A stretch of DNA of 23,892 nt from Chthoniobacteraceae bacterium. Lineage in GTDB: Bacteria; Verrucomicrobiota; Verrucomicrobiia; Chthoniobacterales; Chthoniobacteraceae. A program made the position numbers and the translations under genes. The DNA lies in contig JANNXQ010000253.1 in assembly GCA_031409655.1 (NCBI GenBank), positions 1 to 23,892 of the forward strand. The letters are read 5' to 3'. This document shows positions 1 to 8,183 of this stretch, one piece after another. The first letter of the stretch is position 1, and each line of letters starts with the position of its first letter. Below the pieces are notes generated by a model that saw only the letters and a program-made list of their open reading frames with translations, was not told the origin of the DNA and made no database searches.

Positions 1-105
1 GGGAGCGCCGCCGTCCCGTGCGGCAACGTTCCCACTCGCGCAGCGCAAATTTGAATAGGCGCTTCGCGCAATGCGTTGATTGCCGCACGGGACGGCGGCG
101 CTCCC
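1..105. repeat. REP/REPIN-like doublet: perfect 26-bp inverted repeat (1-26 / 80-105) just past the lactate permease stop
   Basis: gggagcgccgccgtcccgtgcggcaa (1-26) is the exact reverse complement of ttgccgcacgggacggcggcgctccc (80-105). Each arm has an internal gccgc...gcggc palindrome. The left arm may be clipped by the window edge. Confidence 0.8.
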
Positions 106-108
106 GGA

Positions 109-1788
109 TCACCGCGGGATCACCCACGGGAAGACATACGCCTGGAGCATCACTAGCCCGCCCATGAGTACCGCGAGCGCGAGGCTGTGCCAGAAGACCG
201 CACGCAGGATGTCCCCCGTGCGCGGGCTCTCCCCTGCCCCGCTCGTCGCCGCACCCGCGACCACGATGCTCTGCGCGTCGATCATCTTCCCCATCACCCC
301 GCCGGAGCTGTTCGCCGCCGCGGTCAGGATCGGTGAAAGCCCGAGCTGCTCCGCGCTGACTTTCTGCAAGTTGCCGAAGAGCACATTTGAAGCAGTATCG
401 CTCCCCGTGAGCGCCACGCCCAGCCAGCCGAGCAGCGGCGAAAAGAAAGGGAACCACCAACCGGTGTGCGCAAAGGCGATCCCCATCGTCGTATCCGAGC
501 CGGAGAACCGCGTGGTGAATCCGAGCGCCAGCATCAGCATGATCGTGAGTAAGGAAACCCGCACCCGCCAGAGCACTCGCCCATAGAGTTGCACCAAGGC
601 GACAGGCCGCAACCCCAGTGCCAATCCCCCCACGACGCCCGCGAGCAAGAGCGCGGACCCCGCGGCGGTCAGCCAGTTGAAAACGAATTCGGCCTTCTCC
701 GCCTCCGCGTGCGCGACCACCGGCGGCACGCGTTCGATCCCGAGGTGCAGCAGCGGCACGGGAAACTTCGGTGCCGAGATCGAGTTCAGCGCGTTCTTGA
801 GTGCCGGGATACTCCAGAGGATGACGAAGACGCTGAGCAGCAGCCACGGCAGTAAGGCCCGGAAAGTCGAAGGTCCGCGTTCGATGTTCAGTGTTCGATG
901 TTCGATGTTCGATGTTTTCACCACACCATCCGCGGCAACATCGAACGTCGAACTTCGAACATCGAACGTCGAACCAACGGGCCGCCACACCCGGAGTAGC
1001 AGCGCGAGCGCGCCCATTGCCGCCAGCGCGCTGGCCTGATCGACCAGCCACGGACCGTGAAAATTACTCACCAAGAACTGCGTGATCGCAAAGCTCACCC
1101 CGGTGACGAGACACGCGGGCCAGACTTCGCGCATCCCGCGCCAGCCGACCTGCGCGGCCACGAGCCAGAAAGGGATCAGACACGAAAAGATCGGCAACTG
1201 CCGCCCGACCATCTTGCTCAGAGCAAAGACATCGAGCCCTGTGACCGTGCTCAGCGTCGTGAGCGGGATCCCCAGCGAACCAAACGCCACCGGCGCCGTA
1301 TTCCCGATCAGCGCCAGCTTCGCCGCCTCCAGCGGCTTAAAGCCCAGGCCCACGAGCATCGCCCCGGAGATCGCCACTGGCGCGCCGAAACCCGCGCAGC
1401 CTTCGATGAATGCGCCGAAACAAAACGCAATTAGCAGCGCCTGGATGCGTCGATCGCCGGACAAGGCCGCGATGCGTCGCTTCAGCACCTCAAAGCCACC
1501 GGTCGTCACCGACAGCTCATAGATGAAGATCGCGTTCAGGACGATCCAGCCAATCGGGAAGAGCCCAAATGCCGCGCCATACCCAGCGGAGGCCAGGGCC
1601 AGCGGAGCCGGCATCTGAAAGACAAACACCGCAATCCCCAGAGCGCTCACTAATCCTGCCAGCGCCGCCCAATGCGCCCGCACGTGCGCAAACCCGAGCA
1701 ACCCGAGCAGCAACACCACCGGCAGCGACGCAACGATCGCGGAAAGGAAGACGCCGCCGAGCGGGTCGTAAGTCTGGGGCCAGGGCAC
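109..1788 (-). CDS. lctP: L-lactate permease (LctP/LldP/GlcA family)
   Basis: 559-aa polytopic membrane protein. Family motifs: N-terminal WxQxYDPLG, LLIAFCFGAFIEGCAGFGAPVAI, NTAPVAFGSLGIP, GWLGVALTGSDTASNVLFGNLQ, NSSGGVMGKMIDAQSIVVA. Confidence 0.93.
   Translation of the reverse strand: MPWPQTYDPLGGVFLSAIVASLPVVLLLGLLGFAHVRAHWAALAGLVSALGIAVFVFQMPAPLALASAGYGAAFGLFPIGWIVLNAIFIYELSVTTGGFEVLKRRIAALSGDRRIQALLIAFCFGAFIEGCAGFGAPVAISGAMLVGLGFKPLEAAKLALIGNTAPVAFGSLGIPLTTLSTVTGLDVFALSKMVGRQLPIFSCLIPFWLVAAQVGWRGMREVWPACLVTGVSFAITQFLVSNFHGPWLVDQASALAAMGALALLLRVWRPVGSTFDVRSSTFDVAADGVVKTSNIEHRTLNIERGPSTFRALLPWLLLSVFVILWSIPALKNALNSISAPKFPVPLLHLGIERVPPVVAHAEAEKAEFVFNWLTAAGSALLLAGVVGGLALGLRPVALVQLYGRVLWRVRVSLLTIMLMLALGFTTRFSGSDTTMGIAFAHTGWWFPFFSPLLGWLGVALTGSDTASNVLFGNLQKVSAEQLGLSPILTAAANSSGGVMGKMIDAQSIVVAGAATSGAGESPRTGDILRAVFWHSLALAVLMGGLVMLQAYVFPWVIPR
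879..974. repeat. Heptamer-repeat palindrome (GTTCGAT)n-spacer-(AACRTCG)n, in frame inside lctP
   Basis: 879-916: five GTTCGAT-type units plus GTT. 917-936: 20-bp spacer. 937-974: five AACRTCG-type units plus AAC. Total 96 bp = 32 codons. Confidence 0.9.
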
Positions 1789-2162
1789 GGGCGTAGGAGG
1801 CAGGAGTGGAGCGCCGGATTAGGGCCACTTTCCGCCGCCCCGTCCAGCCTCTCCTCGCAGCGCCCCTATGGCAGCCCGCCGGCGCTCCTCCCCGTCATCA
1901 CCGGAGGACTCCCAGCTCTCCGGCGTCGATCGCAGGGTGCGCATTTCGCAGATTCGCGCGGAAGATCGTTCACCAATTCTCCGAAGGAACCCGACCCTAT
2001 CCGCCTTGCTTGATGGTTCCTGAGCATGGGCCTTTTCAGCAAAGATAATTATTGCTCGCCGTTTTCGGATTAGCTTATGTGTTCCAAAGAGCTTCCGGGA
2101 CACCACCCCGGGACGCTGCCAAACCGGAAACCGCTACGCTAAAAATGTTCGGAGGAGAATGT

Positions 2163-4355
2163 ATGAAATCGTTCCCAAAACGCCTCTCGGTCTGCGGGCT
2201 CCTGCTCGCCCTCCCATTCGCAGGTTGCAAGCCAAAGCCCGTCATCAGCACCGACACGCTCGACGACAAACGGGACGGGCGACCACCAGAAAAGTTTGCG
2301 GAGGTCGTCGCTGATGTCTTCGAGGGCATGGATGCGGGTGCGACCCTCACTGGGGACGAAATCAAAGGGCGCAACTCGTGGAACCTCTGGACCGCCGGCA
2401 ACGAGCAATTCTGGGATAAGATGGCCCGCGAAGGTTTCGGCCTGTTCGACCTTCTCAAGACCATCGACTCGCGCAAACGCGCGCACCGGCTCGAGGAATT
2501 AGGGCTCATCAATCAGCCGGACTTTAAGACCGCCGCGAAGCCGGACCAATACGGCCTCTGGATCGACGAAGGCACCGAGCCCACCGGCATCGACCCGGCG
2601 GTCTATGGTCGCCCGACCGGCGTGATGGGCTTCCGGTTATTCGACAATCCAGACTTTACCGGGGCCGCCGTCGAGAAGTGGAAGCAGCACCTCGATCCCG
2701 CCACGGGCGAGGCAAAGAAGTTTTACGACGACGCGGACTTCGCGGCACAGAAGGATCTCGTGCGCCCGTATCGGGTCGGCGTGTCCTGCGGCGCCTGCCA
2801 CATCGCCTATCACCCCTGTTTCCCGCCGGAGAATCCTGCCGAGCCGAAGTACGAGAACCTCGCGTCGGCCATCGGCAATCAATACATCCGCGAAGGCCGC
2901 ACCTTTGCCCCGAACGTGCGCAAAGGCGGATTTTTCTACGAGATGACCGAGGCGCAGCCGCGCGGCACGTCGGACACCTCCCGCATCGCCACGGATAACA
3001 TCAATAACCCAAACACGATCAATGCGATCTTCATGCTCACCGAGCGGGAGAAGCTTCAGGTCGAGGAAGAAGTTGCGGGCGGCGCGCTTAATTTTCCCGG
3101 CAACACGCCGAAGATGAAAGTGGCGCACATCTTGAAGGACGGCGCGGATTCGATCGGCATCCCCGGCGCGACGATCCGGGTCTTCGTGAATATCGGGATG
3201 TATCACCAGCACTGGCTCCAGCAGCACAATGCGCTGATCGGACTGATCCCCCAGAAGCCCTTCGACATCGCCACCGCCCGGAAACATTCCGTCTTCTGGC
3301 TGGCGACCGAACAAAAGCTCCCGAACATCCGCGACTTCTTCCGCAAGATTCAGCCTTACCGGCTCGAAGATGCCGTCGAAAAAGGGAAGCCTGACGGCAG
3401 AAGTTACATCACTGCGGATGAGGAAAAGATGAAGCGCGGGAAAGTCGCCTTTGCCGAGAACTGCGCGACCTGCCACTCGAGCAAGCAGCCGCCGGAAGGC
3501 GTGGATAAGGAGGATTGGTTCCGGGAGCAAATCCTCACCACCGACTTCCGGAAAGATAACTTCTTCTCCGATGAACGGCGTTACCCGCTCACGAAGATCC
3601 AAACCAACGCCGGCCGCGCCCTCGGCACCAATGCCATGGCCGGACACGTCTGGGATAACTTCTCGTCGAAGACTTACAAGGAACTGCCCGCGGTCGGCAC
3701 GATCAAAGTCTGGAACCCTTACACTAACGCCGAGGAAGACTTTAAGCCGCAAGGCGGCGGCCCCGGCTATTATCGCACTCCGTCGCTCATCAGCATCTGG
3801 TCATCCGCGCCCTTCCTGCACAACAACACCCTCGGCGAGGAAACCATCGACCCCTCCATCGCCGGTCGCATGAAGGCCTTTGAGGACGCCGCGGAGAAAC
3901 TGCTCTGGCCGGAGAGGCGCAAAGACAAGGATTCCATCTGGCGCACCAAAAACGACTGCCAGATCCAGCTCCAGGCCTCGCGCCTGCCGTCCAAGGTCGT
4001 GGCGGTCTTGCGCGCCGGAGGTCACATCGAGGAAGACCCGGATGGTGCCGAGTTTTTCCGCGTCGGCCACATTCCGCAAGGCACGCCGATCAACCTGCTC
4101 GGAAACGTGGACCCGAAGGCCGACCACTTGGCTATGGCGAAGCTCTTCATCAAGCTGAAAGTCACTCTCGCAAAGATCAAGGCCGGGGGCCTCGACGGCG
4201 ATGCCGCGAAAGAGGAACTGAAAAGGAACGTCGCTCCGGCCCTCCTCAAGGTCAGCAAGTGTCCGGACCTGGTCACCGATCGCGGCCACACCTTTGGCCG
4301 CGATCTTCCGGACAACGACAAACGCGCACTCATCGAATACCTGAAAACCCTCTAA
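2163..4355 (+). CDS. Lipoprotein di-heme c cytochrome, RoxA/MauG-like family
   Basis: GGAGGA at 2151-2156 precedes ATG 2163. Lipoprotein signal MKSFPKRLSVCGLLLALPFAG-C. Two CxxCH motifs (CGACH ~2787, CATCH ~3462), YYRTPSLISIWSSAPFLHNN, and C-terminal GHTFG...DKRALIEYLKTL. Confidence 0.8.
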   Translation: MKSFPKRLSVCGLLLALPFAGCKPKPVISTDTLDDKRDGRPPEKFAEVVADVFEGMDAGATLTGDEIKGRNSWNLWTAGNEQFWDKMAREGFGLFDLLKTIDSRKRAHRLEELGLINQPDFKTAAKPDQYGLWIDEGTEPTGIDPAVYGRPTGVMGFRLFDNPDFTGAAVEKWKQHLDPATGEAKKFYDDADFAAQKDLVRPYRVGVSCGACHIAYHPCFPPENPAEPKYENLASAIGNQYIREGRTFAPNVRKGGFFYEMTEAQPRGTSDTSRIATDNINNPNTINAIFMLTEREKLQVEEEVAGGALNFPGNTPKMKVAHILKDGADSIGIPGATIRVFVNIGMYHQHWLQQHNALIGLIPQKPFDIATARKHSVFWLATEQKLPNIRDFFRKIQPYRLEDAVEKGKPDGRSYITADEEKMKRGKVAFAENCATCHSSKQPPEGVDKEDWFREQILTTDFRKDNFFSDERRYPLTKIQTNAGRALGTNAMAGHVWDNFSSKTYKELPAVGTIKVWNPYTNAEEDFKPQGGGPGYYRTPSLISIWSSAPFLHNNTLGEETIDPSIAGRMKAFEDAAEKLLWPERRKDKDSIWRTKNDCQIQLQASRLPSKVVAVLRAGGHIEEDPDGAEFFRVGHIPQGTPINLLGNVDPKADHLAMAKLFIKLKVTLAKIKAGGLDGDAAKEELKRNVAPALLKVSKCPDLVTDRGHTFGRDLPDNDKRALIEYLKTL

Positions 4356-4367
4356 CCCACCCCACCC

Positions 4368-4817
4368 ATGCCAACCACACCTGCTCTCAATCCCGAAGCC
4401 TTCCTCAAAATGTCGGGCGCGGAACTCGACGAGATCTTCCGGCAAAGCTCTGCCGGTAACATTCCCGACGGGGAAGGCGAAGGCACCGCCATCATCGCTC
4501 CTGGGACCGCGGTCTCCGATGCGATCGCAAAGTTCGTGCATCTCTTTAACTGGAAAGGGAAAGTCTTCGATGCGGCCCAGGGAGAACTCCGCAACCGGAT
4601 CCTTCCGCTCGGACACAAAGCCATCGTCGCTAAGGTCTATAAGGACGGAAGCTGGTTTGATCAGAAGGAGTGCATCGTCCTCGACTATTCAAAGACCTCC
4701 CTGCTCGCCAAATGGATCCGGGACGAAATCCGCGAAGTGGCGCCCGGCATCTATCTGGGCATCGTTTTCTGGGGAAAGAAGAAGCTGATCCACTTCGCTC
4801 TGGAGTTCCCTCACTAA
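4368..4817 (+). CDS. Conserved hypothetical protein (WKGKVF...IVLDYS...IRDEIREVAPGIYLG type)
   Basis: 149-aa ORF with protein-like composition, 12 bp after the upstream stop and 28 bp before the next gene. No signal peptide and no CxxCH. Confidence 0.8.
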   Translation: MPTTPALNPEAFLKMSGAELDEIFRQSSAGNIPDGEGEGTAIIAPGTAVSDAIAKFVHLFNWKGKVFDAAQGELRNRILPLGHKAIVAKVYKDGSWFDQKECIVLDYSKTSLLAKWIRDEIREVAPGIYLGIVFWGKKKLIHFALEFPH

Positions 4818-4845
4818 CAGTCCCGCCGGTTACTCCCGCCCTGCC

Positions 4846-6636
4846 ATGATGGATCGCCGCCCGCTCATCGAATGGGTGCCGGCGCGCTGGCGCGGGCCGC
4901 TGGCGATTGCCATCGGGATCGGGGCGACGGTCAGCTTGTACTTCCTCGGGCGGCTGTATCGCGATCAACCGGTGACTTACGCGACACCGGAGGAGCACTT
5001 CAAATATGGCTCGACTGGCGGGGAGCGGCTCTCGGGCTTCCCTTACTGGATCTGGCAGGTGCTGCCCGCGCTTTTCCCGGAGTATCTGCCGGGCGGAAAG
5101 TATCTGCCGGAGACGCCGTATGCGCCGATGGGTTTCATCTACGAATCGGGCAAGGCACTGCCCATCGGCGTCTCGCAGCGCAATGTGCAGGGGATGGACC
5201 GCGTCTTCCTGAATTGTGCGGTCTGCCACGTGGGCACCTGGCGCGCAAAGCCAGAGCATAAGCCCAACGTCGTGCTCGGCATGGGCGCGAATACGGTCGA
5301 TCTCCAGCAGTTCGAACGGTTCCTTTTCCAGTGCGTGACCGACGAGCGCTTCACGCCGAATCGCATTCTTACCGCGATCGAGACGATCGGCGGAAAGCTG
5401 GATCGGTTTGACGAGGAAGCGCTGCGCAATCTCGGCGTCTATCTGATGCGTGACCGCGTGCTCCTTCTGCGCGACCGCTTCAGCTTCATGGATCGCGAGC
5501 CGGACTCCGGGCCGGGGCGCGTCGATACCTTTAATCCGCCCAAGGTGCTGATGAACTTCCCCATGCACAAAGTCCCGGAGCGCGAGTGGGTGGGAAATTG
5601 CGACCTGCCTTCGATCTGGCTCCAGCGTCCGCGCGAAGGCATGTGGCTGCACTGGGACGGGAATTGCAACCGGGTGCAGGAGCGCAACCGCAGCGCGGCC
5701 TTTGGCACCGGCGCACAGCCGCCGTCGCTCGATCGCCCGCTCATGAAACGCGTCGAGAACTTCATCATGGACGCCACCCCGCCCGCATTTCCCTTCCCCA
5801 TCGACCAAACCAAAGCAGCGCGCGGCGAGCCGCTCTATGGAAAGCATTGCGCGAGCTGCCACGGAAAAAACGGACGCGACTTCGCGGGCGAGTTCGTCGG
5901 CAAAGTAACACCGATCGACGCACCCAAGCTCCGCACCGATCGGTGGCGGCTCGACAGTTACACCCACGAACTCGCCGCCGGACAAAACCAGCTCTACGCC
6001 GAATACGGCGACGAACGCTTTTCCCACTTCCGCAAAACCTTCGGCTACGCCAATGCCCCGCTCGACGGCATCTGGCTGCGCGCGCCCTATCTGCACAATG
6101 GCTCCGTGCCGACGCTGCGCGACTTACTGGAGCCAGCCGCGCAACGCCCGAAAGTCTTCCATCGCAGCTACGACGTCTTCGACCCCGTGCGGGTCGGCTG
6201 GGTCTCGGACGTGGCGGTAGAGCCCACCGCCTCCGCAAAGACAAATCCCCAGCTCGCTGGTCGTCGTTACTTTCGCTTCGACACCCGCGCGATCCCCGGG
6301 GAGCAGACCGGCGCCTTTGCGAAAGTCACTGCGATCGATGCAGCGGCGCGCGTCATCACGCTCGACCGTCCGCTCACCCGCGAAACGATCATCGTGAAGG
6401 TGACGGACGCCGCCGGAAAGGTGCTGCTCTGGGACATCCCCGTCGCACACAGCGCCAACGGGGAAATGACGATCACCCTCGCCGAGTTACCCCCCGAACT
6501 CACCGTGGGCTGCGGCCTCGACTACAGCACGCCGCGCGAGCGCAACGAGGGTAACAGCAACCAAGGCCACGAGTACGGCACGGACCTCCCAGCCGAAGAC
6601 AAGGACGCCATCGTGGAGTTCCTGAAGACTTTCTGA
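4846..6636 (+). CDS. Membrane-anchored di-heme c cytochrome, RoxA-like
   Basis: N-terminal TM helix, HFKYGSTG, CAVCH and CASCH heme motifs, YANAPLDGIWLRAPYLHNGSVPTL, GNSNQGHEYG...AIVEFLKTF. Confidence 0.85.
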   Translation: MMDRRPLIEWVPARWRGPLAIAIGIGATVSLYFLGRLYRDQPVTYATPEEHFKYGSTGGERLSGFPYWIWQVLPALFPEYLPGGKYLPETPYAPMGFIYESGKALPIGVSQRNVQGMDRVFLNCAVCHVGTWRAKPEHKPNVVLGMGANTVDLQQFERFLFQCVTDERFTPNRILTAIETIGGKLDRFDEEALRNLGVYLMRDRVLLLRDRFSFMDREPDSGPGRVDTFNPPKVLMNFPMHKVPEREWVGNCDLPSIWLQRPREGMWLHWDGNCNRVQERNRSAAFGTGAQPPSLDRPLMKRVENFIMDATPPAFPFPIDQTKAARGEPLYGKHCASCHGKNGRDFAGEFVGKVTPIDAPKLRTDRWRLDSYTHELAAGQNQLYAEYGDERFSHFRKTFGYANAPLDGIWLRAPYLHNGSVPTLRDLLEPAAQRPKVFHRSYDVFDPVRVGWVSDVAVEPTASAKTNPQLAGRRYFRFDTRAIPGEQTGAFAKVTAIDAAARVITLDRPLTRETIIVKVTDAAGKVLLWDIPVAHSANGEMTITLAELPPELTVGCGLDYSTPRERNEGNSNQGHEYGTDLPAEDKDAIVEFLKTF

Positions 6637-6640
6637 CCCC

Positions 6641-8137
6641 ATGAACACGACCGCCAATCGCCGCTGGAGACTCGCCACCGCCGTCCTGGTCGCCGTCCTC
6701 GCCATCGTCGGCATCTTCACCTGGTGGGAGCTTTTCCGCGTGGTGCCGCAGGACGATGCGATCCTCAAAGACGCGGCGATGAAATTCAAATACGGCTCGC
6801 TCGGCTCCGAGGGCGACCGCGGGCTCCCGTATCTCATCTGGCTGGTACTGCCGCGCGTCTTTCCCGATCTGCTGCCCGGCCCCGGCGGTTACAAGGCCTT
6901 CGGTGTCGTCTGGGAGGAAGGCCAGGAAATGCCCGTGGGCTTTTCCAAAAAGACCATCGGCGTCTTCCCGCGCGTCACGAATAACTGCGCGCTCTGCCAC
7001 GCCACCACCTGGCGCGAAAGCGAGGACAGCCCGATCCACGTCCAGATCGCCGGCGGCGCGCACACCACGGATGTCCAGGGCATGATCCGCTTTCTCTCCC
7101 GCGCCGCGCAGGATCCGCGCTTCAGCGCCGCGACGCTCATGCCCGAGATCGAGCAGGTGAGCAGCAATGCCTACGGCAATGGCGGCCTCTCCTGGCTCGA
7201 CCGGCAGATCTATCGTTACCTGCTCATCCCTTTCACCCGCATGGGCCTGCGCGAGCAGCAGCGGCTCTTTGCCTGGATGGAGCATGAACCGAACGGGACG
7301 AAGAAACCCGACTGGGGCCCCGGGCGCGACGATCCGATGAACCTCACGAAGTACTTCACGACGCAACTGCCCGTGGACGCAACCGTGGGCCAGGCGGACT
7401 TCCCTTCCATCTGGAATCTCAAGGTGCGGCGCGGACCGGGGCTCTTGCTAAATTGGAGCGGCGACACGCCATCCACGCTCTCGGTGCTCATGGATTCGGC
7501 GCTCGGACTCGGCGCGCCACCGCAGCCGTGGTTCGTGGAGCGCATGCACGAACTCGACGCCTGGCTCGGCGAATTTCCGCCGCCGAAATATCCCTTTCCC
7601 ATCGACCCGGCGCTCGTCGCGCAAGGCCAGCCGCTCTACGCGCAATACTGCGCCGAGTGCCATGACGTCGGCGCGAAATACACGAACAAGATCATCCCGC
7701 TCGCCGAGATCGGCACCGACCGCGAGCGCATGCTTTCCTGGAATGGAGAAGCCGCGAAGGAAGCGAATCGCCGGGTGCGCGAGATGGGCATCGACCGCCC
7801 GCCGATGATCGAAACGAACCCGACCGGCTATCAATCGCCGCCGCTCGATGGCCTCTGGCTGCGCGCCCCCTATCTGCATCACGGCACCGTGCCCACGCTC
7901 TGGGACTTACTGCTGGCGGAGGAAAAGCGACCGCAGCAGTTCCATCGCGGCTACGATGTCTTCGATCCGGTGAAGGTGGGCTTTGAATCCGACACGCCGA
8001 TGGCGCGCCGCCGCGGCTTCCTCCTCGACACCACGCAGCGCGGCAATGGCAACGGCGGCCACAGTGGCGCGAGATACGGCACAGAACTCAGCGACCCGCA
8101 GAGGCGCGCGCTCGTGGAGTACCTGAAGACGCTATGA
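6641..8137 (+). CDS. Membrane-anchored di-heme c cytochrome, RoxA-like (paralog of 4846-6636)
   Basis: N-terminal TM helix, KFKYGSLG, CALCH and CAECH, YQSPPLDGLWLRAPYLHHGTVPTL, GNGNGGH...ALVEYLKTL. Starts 4 bp after the previous stop. Confidence 0.85.
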   Translation: MNTTANRRWRLATAVLVAVLAIVGIFTWWELFRVVPQDDAILKDAAMKFKYGSLGSEGDRGLPYLIWLVLPRVFPDLLPGPGGYKAFGVVWEEGQEMPVGFSKKTIGVFPRVTNNCALCHATTWRESEDSPIHVQIAGGAHTTDVQGMIRFLSRAAQDPRFSAATLMPEIEQVSSNAYGNGGLSWLDRQIYRYLLIPFTRMGLREQQRLFAWMEHEPNGTKKPDWGPGRDDPMNLTKYFTTQLPVDATVGQADFPSIWNLKVRRGPGLLLNWSGDTPSTLSVLMDSALGLGAPPQPWFVERMHELDAWLGEFPPPKYPFPIDPALVAQGQPLYAQYCAECHDVGAKYTNKIIPLAEIGTDRERMLSWNGEAAKEANRRVREMGIDRPPMIETNPTGYQSPPLDGLWLRAPYLHHGTVPTLWDLLLAEEKRPQQFHRGYDVFDPVKVGFESDTPMARRRGFLLDTTQRGNGNGGHSGARYGTELSDPQRRALVEYLKTL

Positions 8138-8183
8138 AAGCGGCGCGGCAGATCCGCCCGATCGGGATACTCGCTTCCCCGCG

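Noticed and set aside
2052..2162. Upstream TTG/ATG starts for the first cytochrome
   Set aside because: The RBS at 2151-2156 and the lipoprotein signal fit ATG 2163.
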